Shown: positions 29,688 through 42,949 of the stretch, piece by piece
Position numbering within the stretch: position 1 is the first letter of the stretch
How the letters are laid out: each line of letters opens with the position of its first letter
From: Utricularia gibba
Lineage: Eukaryota > Plantae > Magnoliophyta
Direction: 5' to 3'
DNA length: 64,000 bases
Assembly (NCBI GenBank): GCA_002189035.1
Contig: NEEC01000013.1
Location: 2,914,001 to 2,978,000 of the forward strand
The notes under the pieces: generated by a model
Databases searched by the model: none
What the model saw: only the letters and a program-made list of their open reading frames with translations
Told to the model about the DNA's origin: nothing
Made by a program: the position numbers and the translations under genes

Positions 29688-31642
29688 CGTTTCTGATTCA
29701 CCGCCCGTTTGGAAAAATTCGATGAAAATTGTGAAAGAGGAGATCCGTGGGAATAAAGGGATCTTCAAAAAGAATCACAGAGAGAGAGAAAGAGAATAAT
29801 CCTTCAGATTCGAGAGGGAGGAATTTGTACTGTCCGCGGCTGCTGGCGGTGGCTTGCTGGCATATTTATACGTGTAGAAATCTCGACCGACAGATGGTGG
29901 GTGGTGAAGAAAAAGCAGCGGCGGAGATTTATCTTCTGTTTTTGTTCTCTTTTGTGGAAAATGGGGAGCGCTCAATCAACTCATCGCCGTCGCGTCGTCG
30001 CGTATGGATGACGAAGTAATCGCGGGGGCGTGGACTTCCTGTCCGGGGTCGGTTTCCAATTTCCATTATTTACGAGGGCCATTCTCTAAACAATTTTCCA
30101 ACTTATAAATCAATTATTAATAATTAGAATGATAATCTGTGGTGTGAGTAACCTTCCATGACACTACTACCTTCACTTGGTTTCGAAGTAAAATGGATTA
30201 CGAAGCATAAAAAAAATATTTTTATTGAAATTTGTTAAATATTGATTTTTTGAAAATTTTAATATAAAAAATTCATTTAATAACAAAATAATATTATGTT
30301 AATATTGTAGCTCCTAAGTATTATATCACTAATCTGTTACAGTTTAGCAACACATACATACGACAATATTCTCCGGTCACGGCCGTGTTGTACACGCGCT
30401 CACCAACGACCGTACATCTTGTCTTGACGTATCCCCCATAATAATAAATAATGGCGATAAAAATATCCTCACAATTCTAGGAGATTGCAGGGTACGTGGG
30501 CTTTGGACGCGTACCGGGTCCGGGTTGTTCGGTCCAGGATCCATGTTGAACTTTGGGCCCTGGCCCAACTAATAAATTGCATTTCCCATCTTTTTAATAA
30601 GTTTATTTATGTTCAATAAATAGTTAATAGAAACAGAGAAGCTGTAACCCATTCCGTGTTTAAAAGGAATATTAGGAAGGAGAATGGGTGGTTAGAGCAC
30701 GCTAATCACGATTAGTCGTGATATTTTTACAAATTGCGGTTAAAATATATGATTGTTGACCAGAGTCCGAGCGGGTTTCCTAACAGTGCTGGGAAATTGG
30801 GAGGTTGTCTGAGTTTTTTTCACCGGTCAAATGCGCAGCCTTCGAATTTCAATGCTGCTGTTGGTTTCACAGCGGTCAAAAACTGGCAATTTTTTTTACT
30901 ACGTTTTCAAGACTCAAGACAGGTGTGTGCGATCCAGGTACTGATTCCCATTATGCATTTTGGCCTTTTGGGGTTAATTCTAAGATAACCCACGTTCTGT
31001 GAAGGAAATTTTTACTTTCATTGGAAAGTTGGTGGGGGGAGGGAGGAGTTCAAGTGTGCATGGCATGGTATGGCATGGCATTGTGGATTAGTTTTAGTGC
31101 TGGTTGACACAGAGAACTACGTGATAATTCCAAGGGATAATCACTCTTTACAGCGTAACAAGAAGTGGAGTTATGGGTGTTTGAGTTTGAAGTTAAGAAA
31201 GTAGACACAAGTCCAGATATGGCAGTCTCTCCTTCAATACCGCGCCTGGCGAAAAGACACCAGACGCTGTGCTGCATATGTAGAGGAACAGTCTCTGCAG
31301 GTATAGATGAAGATGTATACAATTTTGTGGGTGTGTCTGTGAGCATATGAGTGATGTAATGAATGAGTAATTGATATGACAGGTGGTGAAAAATGTATTG
31401 GGAAATTGAGTGTTTGCTTTAGTACACCATCCTATGCCTTTTTCTCTCCTATTTCTTTGCCTCTCCCCTGTCTCCTCTTCTCCCATCCACTCCAAGTGTT
31501 CATCTCACTTGGTGGTCAAATTCTCAGTATATATCGCAGAGGAGCAAAGGACGCCCTAGGGGAGGGGAGGAGAGGAGCTCACCTATACGGATCACTGACA
31601 AGAAGAATCTAGTTGTTGTTTCTCTTGGTAGCATTGCCATCC

Positions 31643-32527
31643 ATGTGCTCAAGTGAGGGATTTTTCAACTTGGAGTTGGAGGAAGACGATGATTTCTCAA
31701 CTGATCTGAGTTTGGGTCCGCCGGGTGGTCGGGATCATCGGATTCGCAACGATTTCTGCACCCGGGTTCCGGTTTTAAATGGTGACGGTGGCGAAAATGC
31801 AGTCACCGTGGCTCTCCATATCGGACTTCCGAATGGGGGTGGTGGCGGCGGTTCTTGCTCCGAAGGAGGAGGTAACCTCAGTGAAATGGGGGAGGGTCGG
31901 TACTGGATTCCGACGGCGGAGCAGATACTCGTCGGACCGACGCAGTTTTCTTGCCCTGTCTGTAGTAAAACTTTCAACAGATACAACAACATGCAGGTTT
32001 TCTTTTTTCTCCTACTGTTCTTGGTCAGCCGCAAGGCTATGCTGCTCTCTTTTTGAGCTTACACTCTCCTCCCTTGGGTTGCAATTCCTGCAGATGCATA
32101 TGTGGGGCCATGGATCAGAGTACAGGAAAGGTCCAGAGTCACTCAAGGGGACAAAGCAAGGATCAGCAATTCTCAAGCTACCATGTTACTGCTGTGCAGA
32201 GGGTTGTAAGAACCATATCGATCATCCAAGATCGAAGCCATTGAAGGACTTCAGAACCCTGCAAACGCACTACAGGCGAAAGCATGGATCGAAGCCCTTC
32301 AGCTGCCGGAAGTGTGGGAAGGCATTCGCCGTCCGGGGGACTGGCGGACGCATGAGAAGAATTGTGGGAAGCTGTGGTTCTGCATCTGTGGCTCAGATTT
32401 CAAGCACAAGCGGTCTCTTAAGGATCATGTGAGGGCATTTGGCGAAGGGCATGCTTCACACTATGATAACCTGTATTTTCATGATCATTTTGTTGAGGCT
32501 GATGAGATGGAACAAGAACAAGAATGA
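31643..32527 (+). CDS. WIP6: WIP-type C2H2 zinc finger (WIP6/DOT5-like) carrying a 1-nt frameshift at 32335-32339
   Basis: Exons 31643-31996 and 32094-32527. [42 protein letters not shown]. The conserved [14 protein letters not shown] is split across two frames at a G5 run. Confidence 0.9.
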
Positions 32528-34380
32528 AAAAAATGGCATCATGTGAACTTGCAATGCAACATCAGTCCCTTTTTGTTTGCTTCTGATATTTCTTTTCTTG
32601 GCTGATGGATGACCATTCAGTCTTGTGCTTGTTTGTGCTACAAGAGAAGGACAGTAGAGAGACAATTGAGACAGTGAACATTGAAGTTCTGTGCAGTAAT
32701 TAATATTTGAAAGTGCTAGTTCAATACTTTATCTGATTCAAGTCTCCTTTTCAAATACAAAACAAGTATGACACATGCTGAACTCATGATCCTTAAAAAG
32801 TCTCCTTTTTAGCAGTCTCAAAATTTATCTGCGCAAAACCTAAAATCCACTCAACATTCCAAAAACATCTAAAACACACACTCCCAACTTTTAAGCTGGG
32901 AAGGGCTTGCTTCTGCAGTTGACGGTAGTCAAACTTCGCCAGAGACACTGAGTCCACTAGACCAGTCATCTTGAAAAAAACTGGGATCTACCATGGATGG
33001 GAAATAAGATAGAGGATAGAGGTAAAATGGAGGAGAGTAGGGGGAGACAGCATTGGTCGAGTGAAATGAGAGCCAGTGAGAAATTAATGGCAGGGGGTGC
33101 AGGTATGTCTGCAGTGTGGTGGGCTTCAATATGCCATGGATTTCTTCTCTCCCTGCCTCTGCCTCACAAAGCTGAGAGCACACAGTGCAAGGTGCATGGT
33201 GGCAGATAAGCCCAAGAGATGAGTCGAGAGCAACTTTTTCTCTAGTCTCAAAGACTTGAACTACTAAAACCTCTGATGATGGTTTTCGTCAGCCAGTAAA
33301 CAAATTGGACCACTGCAACTTTCTGTTTTTGGGGTTTCACCCAAAGGATTAACTTCGACCTTTTGCAGACCAACAACAAACAGATATGCACAAGATGTTT
33401 CAGAACCACTGTGCCTTCCATCTTCGTTCTTCTCCCCAGCTGTATCTACATACACGCACAGTGCCACCATCCCATCAGAGCTCTATTTTGTGGTTCACAA
33501 AAATCTCTCTGATCACAGTTCAAAATGGATGAAGAAACACTTGGAAACCCTCTTTCTGGAGTTCATTGCGATAAAAACCACATCTTTCCCATGGCAAATA
33601 TAAGAAGGCCGCAAATGCAATACACTGAATGCCAGAAAATATTAATCACTTCAAAATGTAATGCTAACCTAAAAAGTTTATTGGAAGTCTCAGCAGTTTT
33701 CCCAGTAAACGTCAGTCTGCAGAGAGAGCAAGGCAATTAAGACTACTGGGATCTCTCTGACTTGGAAGCCTACCCAAGTCACTAATGCGATTGATTCAAT
33801 ATCCAACAAATCACATCTCCAAATGACACTCTCATTCGCCGTCGAACAAATCAGAATCCTTGAATTTCCTTCGCCGCTGGAAATGGGGTGGATTTACACA
33901 TTTCTTAATGAATGCTTTAGGACACATTCTCGATATGTGTTCTTGGTCACCGAAACAGGATCAGAACAACGGTTGCCGGCGGCGATTCCGTTCTCTTCCG
34001 GCGAGAATAAAAGAAAAGCCCGAACTCTGATAAGGTAATTAAGAAAAGTTGGTGGTGGGCTCTTATTGGGGCTATTCAAGTTACGGGCTTTTAATTGTTG
34101 AAGAGCCCAACAAGATGCCCAGAAATGGAAGTGCCGACATTTCTCCGTGCCACCGGAAAATATGATATTCCAGCGACGATCAGGCGGAGGAAGAGGACAC
34201 AGACCCTATGCACAAAGCGAAATATGATGCTCCTTCAGAGAAGATCTCAAGCACAGAACTTGGAACTCGCTGTATGTATTTCATGATCACTCGTGAAATT
34301 TCATGAGTGGTGGTAGTACCCACAAAGCCTTTATAAGTTGCTTGTTTGTATGGGGTTTTTTCCTGAGTTTTTGATTTTAC

Positions 34381-35070
34381 CTACAGGGGAATGGGGATGG
34401 AACCTTTTACATGCAGGATGTTCCATTCTTCCTGCCCACATTCTCTGTGCACTGCGTAGCAACACTTCTTCCTATTGAAGTAAGTGCTCTAAAATGGCTC
34501 ATTTTGAAGCCTCAACCCTTCCCTCTCAATTTTCTTCTCGCATTCTAAGGAAATTCTTACCAGCCCTGAAGCCATCTCCTTCACTAAAACGCATTTTGGA
34601 GTTGGTAGCTCAATCAGAAAAGATGCCGTCTGCTCTGTCCGAAACCCTCTTGGATGGTGAAATGAACATGGCCACCCCGCATGTACCCTAAAAGGGTTCC
34701 TACAAGTTTGGTCTTCCGGTGGCCCGAAGAGAAATCGGAGACGTCTTGGTTTCGAATCCTTCCAATGGAAAGAGCAGATTGCACCTTTCTGCTTGGCTTC
34801 TGCATTCTCAACATCTCGGTTTTTTCTTCATCCACAAGGACTGCAGAGGGTGGGGCTTGGATCCCTGAGGAGTTTGTCGTTGGTGGATGCTGTAAGAAGA
34901 AAGAAGCGCAGGTGCTTTGGAAACCGTTTTACCAACTTTCGGCTGCCTCATTCACTTTTTAACCCGACTTCCAACCTCTCATCCTCCCTTTTCTGTGGAA
35001 TCTGCGTCACCATTCCATTTACTGCCCATCTTTTTTTTTCGAGGAGTGTTCCAGTAAAATGAACTTCTAT
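34381..35070 (-). pseudogene. MIZ1-like (DUF617) pseudogene
   Basis: VGTLLGYMRGGHVHFTIQE, frameshift near 34627-34646, then FLIELPTP..LVKEMASGLVRISLECEKK..EPF*STYFN with TAG at 34489-34491 in place of the conserved Trp. The C-terminal ELMYMRA..PELS part is absent. Confidence 0.85.
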
Positions 35071-35293
35071 GGAACCATGGGCAAGTCTACTGCAAAACAA
35101 CCATGGGTACACTAAGAATTATATCTATAAAATCGTTACAAAAACCCAGTGAAAGCAAGTTCAGTTCTGGTCTGATCATCAGTGTCCAAAAAAAATGGTG
35201 GAGAAAGCATTAGACAATCATCTGGGTTCATTCTCCACAAGCCACCTGCAGCAGATGATTCATTCCAGTCTTGTGCAAAGATCATTGCAATCC

Positions 35294-38200
35294 CTATTGT
35301 CTTAACATCAATCCGATTGCTCTTCGCTGGGGTTTAGTTAGGGTCTGACAAAGTAAAATTTTGCATGCAAACTCAGATGAACGAGGCAGAAATATGGTGA
35401 AGATTCGGACTTGGAATTTTTGTTGTTGAGGTTTCACTAACCTGTGAAAGATGATCAAGGCAACCTTCGTCGCTCCCAGAGAGTGCCCTCAATGCATCCA
35501 TAAGGAAGCTCACCAAATTCATCTGTTGAAAAGATTCACAGTTCATGAGTCTGAAGGGACTTGGTAGAAGCCACAGTTATAACAAAAAACCTCGTTCAAA
35601 GGATCTGTTGTGCAAAGAAGTTCATCTTCGTAGTCGGATTCCCCATCCTGGGGAAGCAGCGTAGAATTCCCATCAGAAGATGAAAGTGTAAGAGATGGTG
35701 AGTAAAAGGGTTCGGCAAAGGCGCCAACTCTAACCTTATCAAAGGTCTTTGCCATAGCCTCAAGATATTCGTAAGTAGGCCTACTGTGTGATGTAGCTCC
35801 GGCCGTGTTCAGAAATCCTTCTTCTTCCCCAGCATCTTCACCCACGACTTCTTCCCAGCCACTACTCTGGATGACGGACCACAGGAGACTTTCTGATCTA
35901 GATTCATTAAACAGAAACATGAAGGGTAGAAGATCCCTACCTCATCATCTCCATCTGCTTGCTCTTGTATTTCTAACAAAGCATCTGCCAATAAAGCTAG
36001 AATCTGTCTCACGGGAAAGATGACAACGTAAGACGAAAAAGTTCCAAATGTTCTATGCATTGACTAAAGTAAAAAGTACCTTGGCAGGAAGTTGAATCAC
36101 CGTCCATTGATCTGGTGCTATTTTAGCTCTTGACCGAGTTGTGATCCCAGTCTGGGACTGCAGTAGAAAACAAATGAGGTTCCGCATAAGGGTGATGCAT
36201 TGAGAATGGTGCACGAAGACCACCTTAACAAGATGACCTTGAACGTTGATTTTGCTCAATTCAGCATGCTTCGTCAGGAGCAACAAGGCCAATGCAGAGG
36301 TTGTAACTTTGATTTCATATGCACCGTGTACTTCACCTGAAATTTTCGGGCATTAAAAAGGATGTTGGGAAGATGATATCAGTATGGATGAATTGAAAAT
36401 TAAAATAAATAGACATGGGAATCACACGGCTGCTTGCCTTGGTGTTGGGTCCATTCGGTCATCAGATAGGCAAAGGAATTTTGATGACCTTCGGCAGGGA
36501 TCGTGACCAGCAAGTCAATGAAGCGTTCGACATGAGGTACACTCATGTGGACCTGCATTTGAAAATGATTATCCAACGGTCATAAAATAGACAAAAGAGA
36601 CAGATATACACAGCCACTGAATGCATCTATGATAATATCTTTCTGTGTTTGGTTGAAGGAAACCTATGGACCTGAAGCAAATATGATTTACGTAACTGCA
36701 ACCCATGAAACCATGTGTTGGGAACAAAATGAGAAGGTAGTGTACTGTAATCTTCATGAAAATGAACACAGCAGAAAAGCTAACCAATCTGGAAAAAATC
36801 AAAAGCAGTGAACTTTTCAGGCTAATGATTTGAGCTGACTGCATCCGCCTGATAAGCGCGACTACAAGGTCTTTTGCATGCTGAGCCATTTGCGAGGGTA
36901 GATGCAAAATAAGTTGCAAAATATAGCTTCCAACAAAAAGAGATCCCGAACTCTCCAAGTCAGGATCTAAAAGCCTGTGAACCAAAAAGGATCATAGGAT
37001 CTGGGTTATGAAATACAACTTTCAAAAGCATATTTCTACACAGAGCTACTCAGTAAAATTATATGGTATTTAATGGCTGAGAAATGCACTGAATAAGTCA
37101 CCTAGAGACCACATCAAGTAAACTTCGCATTACTGATCCAGGATCACCTCCCCAAGCCAGTATATCTTGTTTTCCACCAGAGACGAAAGCAGCTAAGCAC
37201 TGGGTTGCATTCTGATAAATGTAACAATACGCTTCAGCCTTGGAACATTGGGTAGAAATTTCCACGGAGAAAAATGAAATGAAGCATAAAAACATGTAGA
37301 TAAACCTGCATTTCACTGTGGTCAGTACTCTGAAGGAGTATCCTAACAACAGAATCGAAGGAAACTTGGCATACTGATTTCACCACATCAATGGGCGAAT
37401 TCTATAAAAAAATGCAAAAAATGACGTTTTAGTTATTCCACTCAAATCAAACAGGCATCCTCCAATGTGAAATCTGATATAAAAACATAGTTACCTTCAC
37501 CAACACAGTGAGAAGATCTAAAGAACCTGAAACCAAGCCTTCAGGTTGGCGATGTGGCTGAAAAAGCAACACTCGCCTCAGAAACAATCAAAAGCTAAAA
37601 ACGGTTGGATATACTTTTATAATGTAAGTATGGGTAAAAAGCTCTGTACATCGCTAAGTATAGGTCCAATATACTGCAAAACTCGAGAGACGACAAGATG
37701 AGTGCATCCAGGAGCATTCTTTATCACCTGAAAAGATTGGAAAAGGCTAAAGGCAACATTAACATTATTAGTGGACATACTCGACAGTCCAAGAGGTGAA
37801 AAATTGGGGGGGTGAGTTTCACCTCCAAAACTTCTAGGGCATCAATACTGATGAAGGGATCAGAAACATGAGAAGCCCAGAAACTAAGGATGATGGGAGA
37901 AATAATGGGCTCAATCGAAACCATAACTTCATGTCCTACATGAATCCACAGATGAATGATAGCACCACCAAAAACTATATCTAGACAAATGCAGTTCACA
38001 CTTACCAGCGTTAACAGCTGCTTGTAGAGTTTCAAGCACTAGGTGTATGGTCTCTTCAGAGGCCTGAAAAAGATAGAGAAATGATGAAACAAGATACCAA
38101 GTGAAGTGACTGAGCCTCCATTTTATAAAATTTCTCACATTTTGAAGAAGGTCTATCAATGATGAGAACAAACCCAATGCATATTGCTGACTGATAACAC

Positions 38201-41200
38201 TGGCTGTATCTGGAAGAAGTTGGCAAAGAGCTCTACAAGCACCAACCTTCACCGGTGGTTGACTATAAAATAAAATCAGCAATTTGTATGAACCGTCTGG
38301 TAAGGATCAAAGGAGGCCTGGTTCTTACACATTCATGCCAACTGTCATAATAGCAGCATATAGGAAGTGCTCTGTTAATTGCTTGTTGATCTGTGCAAGT
38401 GTTGGAGTAAAGCAAGTCATGGAAAAAAGGAGCAGAACAAAAAGATATTTCTAGAAAAGATGATTGAGGCTGCTCAGAATTACCATACATGACAGCTTTT
38501 CGACTGATGAAAATAAACGAGCATGGAGAAATGGATACTCTTCCATGGCTGAATAGCACAAAAAATTACAAAGCAACACTACTGCATAAAGCATTCCGTG
38601 AAATCTTTGGCACAAAAAGGCTCACATGTTGCAACATCAGTGGTTAAAACTTGCTCTAGTATATTTCCAATGGAAGGTCCATTAGCCTAAAATATGTAAG
38701 CAGAGACAACATCATTATTTCATCGAAGTCAATACAAGATGGCAAAAAAAAAAAAAAAAAGCTTTTTCAAAGAACACTCGGGTCTAACCTCTGATTGGAG
38801 CAAATGATCTGATACAGAAGACAAAGCAAATAGCGTAGCCTCTCGTAACTAGCAGCATAATAAGAGGAATGATTATGCATTACTAAATAAAACAAATTAA
38901 CCCAACTTTAAAGCAGAATACTCATGTTAATAAGCTCATATCCACAGTGCAAGCACCCCTACTAGCATTACATGCAGGTATCTCTGTCTACTTACTCTCC
39001 ACCAGCTCTCAGAGCCAGCATCTTTCAGTTGTTGAGACTCAATTATCCTTCTTTTTATGGAGTCAACAATTGCATCTATTCCTTCATTCCCAAAAGAAGT
39101 AGCTATTTCTTCCAGTAGAAGAGTTCCTACAGTAAAAATGGAAAGAGGGAGAGGAAGATTTCCAGGTCCTCTCTGTTAACTCAAGTCCCATAGAATAATT
39201 CAAAACACCTAAAACGCTCACCTGACACACGACAGCTATAAGTGTTGTCATCCTCATCAGCAACATACTGATTAGCATCCATAGACCAGGTGTGGGCCTA
39301 CAGGAAAGTCATGGTAAAGATATAGTTACTGAATTGATCGGTAGGTAATATATTAATACTCATACACTTACTAATTTATTATATTCTGCAAAATATCAAT
39401 ATAATTGATTCTTTTGTATAGACAGAAATATGTATAAAAGAAGAAAAGTTCTGCCGCAAGCTATTAAATATTTGTAAACAAAAATATAAACTTACAAGTA
39501 TAAACCTTAGTACGTAAAAACTCAAAATACAATAATATATAGTGCTTTTGAATACTGATTCTATTTGATATGGAAAAACAAATCATGGACACATGCATGT
39601 GTATCAAACACAGTAGCTGAATGGGCTATGCAGGCAATATGCAAAACACAGGTTGACCAAGATTACCTGCTGTTCAGTTATTTGAAGGAAACCAATGGTA
39701 TAGTACACCAACTCTTTCATCTTGTTGGCTAAAACCTACAGGAGAAACCAAACGTTAGCATGCAAACTGCTAAAAGGGAGAAAAAAAAAAAACTTAGATG
39801 CCAGGCTCACATTAACAAAGTTTGCGCTTCCAACAACAGTCAACAAGAACTCGAATAGCTGGAGAATTACAAGGGTAAGACATGTCAATATATATTAATG
39901 TTAATGCTTGTTAGAAAATCATTACTGCATCTCTGCGGTGGCATAGCAAAGAACCTGAATAACGAAAGATTCTAAACTTCTCTCAGCACCATCAGAATCG
40001 TATCTTCCATCATAGGAGTCCTCAGCCCCCTGAACAGAGGCACGCTCGTACACTTGCAATGATGATACAAATGTATTCCACAATGGTCCCATGATTACTG
40101 AAATAAGAAAACATTAAACAAAACTGTATGTGGTACAGCATGATATGAATTGATGAAAGAGCACGATCTGATCAGGAAGTAGACCTGAAAATTGAGTAAT
40201 CAAGAGGTCTGGAAAATTTTGCACGAACTGATTCAAACACTTCAAAACCTGGTAAGATGATTATCGCCTTTAAAAAAATTGGCTCATTGAAATATTATAC
40301 ATAAAATAAAACACATCTACCTCCGTTCTAATGCTCCAGTCATCGGGATCCTCAGAGGGCACTGGGTTTTTGAGGATTGACGAAAACTGCTCAATGCATG
40401 GCTGAAGCATTGGTAACATCAAGGCCCTAGTTTCTGTCTAATATAAAGACCAGGCATGAGACTTGTGAGGAATAGGGACCAATCGTACCAGCTCTTAATT
40501 AGAAAACTGGAGCTAGATACCTTGTACAGACCACTCATCACTCCAAGCATCGACATGCAGTTATAAATCACTGAAAAGGCTTTACATCTGAGGCATTTCT
40601 CATAAATCTACAACAAGGAATTAATAAAAGATGAGTAAGAATTTCAAAAACCCGGATAAAAGTAACAAATAGAAATGAGCCACCATCTAAAGAGCTAAAT
40701 TACGAAAGGCATATGGTATAACAAAAGCCCCTCACCACAAACAAAAACTTATAAATGTGTCAAATGATTCTTGAGTTGATGTAGTTGGAAAACATATGTA
40801 AGGTTAACCTGAGGTGAAGATATGATTGTGTGCAAGGATGGGAACAAAGCTGGGAAAAGTTTTGGTGCCATAACGTCATCCATATCCGAAGATATAAGGG
40901 CCAAGCATTTCAAAGCCCCATTCACTACAATTGCAGAAGCGCAGACTAAGTTCTTTCTGAAGAACTGGTATCTTCATAAAACAGCATTCATCATACTTAC
41001 CACCATTCTGTTTAGTCTGGTCAGTGACTAAACTGATTAGGAAGGGCAACAACTCAGGCCACTCATCAGGCCAATCATATGCTGCGATTGTTGATATTGC
41101 TACACTCACTGCTGTACTGATCTTCTTGTAAGAATCATCTAATGATGCAAGAAGGATTTCTCGTATGCACGACTGATAGGAGAAAGTAAATGCAATCATC

Positions 41201-42108
41201 TCACTGATAACACAACAATAATCCATCCTTCCTGGCCCCCAAATTTAATACAAGGCACATTAAATACGAAACAATACAAATGGTTTGAGCATTGTTTTTC
41301 GACGTAGCCTTTGACTCATGTCTCAAAATAGCGGAAATAGTTGAATCAATAGGCAATTCGAGGTTTTTTAATTAAAGAAAAAAAGTCCATGTGTTTAACT
41401 ATTTCAAAAATTTCTGCAAGGAATGGAAATACCTTCACGCTTCCAGGAACAGCAGGATGTTGAAATCCTTCCTCATCCTCCTTCCAATGTTTTTTAATAT
41501 ACTGCTTCAGCAATACTGCTGCTAAGTAATTTCAAGTTAATCTCACAAGATGTAACAAAATATCATGAAAGAAGACAAATTTCTAGTAAAATTGGAATGT
41601 TAACAAGGATATCTGCCTCAATCCAAAGGAAAGTTCCCTGTTTGCTGTGACTCTTGCCAGAGCAACTCCATAGCCTTTCGACAAACGAGAGAGAGGGAGA
41701 AAAAGTTTCTGATCATATTTCTCAATCAGAAAATGAAGAACTGGGCAAATTCAGAGAGCGCATAAAAAGTTATCAACCGAAAGGCATATCAACAAGTGTA
41801 AAAAATAGAATTTAGGAAAAAGCAAAAAAGAAATCCTCATTGTTTCACCCATCGGAAACAAAACGAAAACACGAAAAAACTACATTTTCACTAACACCTT
41901 CGCCTTATGTGCAATCATCAGAGAAAGAACTCCAACAACGGTTACGCATGCTCCTCCTGTACATTTTTAACATCAAATAAACTAAAGGACCTGGTTGCAG
42001 AGATGCCTGCTGGAGGGAAGCCTCCGCAAATGTTCGAACTTGATGATTGGGATCTAGTGAGGCGTTCAAACAATTGATCAGCCATTGCTGATCCTCATCC
42101 ATTGGCAT
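35294..42108 (-). CDS. IPO9: Importin-9 (importin-beta family, HEAT repeats)
   Basis: MPMDEDQQWLINCL..AEASL..LRQLAAVLLKQYIKKHW..AAYDWPDEWPELLP. More than 20 exons join in frame; ends TLTKPQRRAIGLMLRQ with stop at 35294-35296. Contains one AT-AC and one GC-AG intron. Confidence 0.95.
36337..36437 (-). other. GC-AG intron in importin-9
   Basis: CAAG|GCAAGC...TTTCAG|GT joins EWTQHQ to GEVHGAYEIKV in frame. Confidence 0.9.
41526..41612 (-). other. U12-type (minor spliceosome) AT-AC intron in importin-9
   Basis: CAG|ATATCCTTG 5' site, TTAAC branch about 10 nt from the end, terminal AC|TTAGCAGCA; joins GLRQ to LAAVLLKQ in frame. Confidence 0.92.
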
Positions 42109-42238
42109 CTGAAACTGCAATTATGCTGGTCCAATGTTAAAAATGCAAAGACACCAGTTATATCTGAGCTTTGGATGAAGAGAGACGAAAAAAGGAGGGA
42201 ACTTTCTTCCTGCGGATTTCGTACTCCGTCCGAGGTCA

Positions 42239-42260
42239 GTTATATAGCTGTTAGGGTTTT
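42239..42260 (-). promoter_or_regulatory. Importin-9 core promoter: telo-box followed by a TATA-like box
   Basis: Minus strand reads AAAACCCTAACAGCTATATAAC about 130-150 nt upstream of the ATG. Confidence 0.6.
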
Positions 42261-42949
42261 TTCAAGTTCACCTCCCCATCAAGCATTTTTAAGCATTGGT
42301 CCCAGGACACAACGTTTGGTAACATTTTTTAAATGATTTTCATACAAGAAATTTTTATATTATAGACTTAAAATTAGGTTTAGATAAAGTTGAGTGAACT
42401 GGTTTTATGTAATTTATACAATATTAACAAATTAATTATCTGATTACTTTTCAGTTCTTTTCAATTATCTTAATTTGTAGAGCGTGTTTAACGTACTTAT
42501 TCTATTGTGATTCTTATTGTTAGAATTTGAGAGAAATGGATTTTAAATTTAGTAAATAATAATATTTTATACCAAATACATTTTAACAAGTAAAAACAAT
42601 AGCTGACTTTATTCAATAATATTATTTTTAATCACGCTGCCTTATAAATAGTATGAGTTTGTTTTGATATTTATGTTGAAAATTGACTTTCATCAGACGC
42701 GAGGAGAAACAAAAATGCAATTCAAATTAACTTTAAATCTATGTGACATGAGAGAATTGATTTTCAATTAATTTATCACATAATTATAAAAACTGATTTT
42801 AATTCAGTTTACAAAATTCATCAATTTAAAGCTCCGTGTTTGTTGTCCCGTCTCTCGTTCACTGAGACTCACTCTGTGAGCAGAGTTGGGGACTACAAGA
42901 GTTTTGAAACCATTGAAGGGGGAAGCAGTCCTAGCTTTATGGAACTTCT

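Noticed and set aside
31143-31170. CTT-N10/11-AAGAG arrangement resembling an NLP nitrate-response element upstream of HHO
   Set aside because: The TGAC half-site does not match; too degenerate to support.
32334-32342. Programmed -1 ribosomal frameshift as an explanation for the WIP6 break
   Set aside because: No canonical slippery heptamer in the zero frame and no precedent known to me in WIP genes; an indel is simpler.
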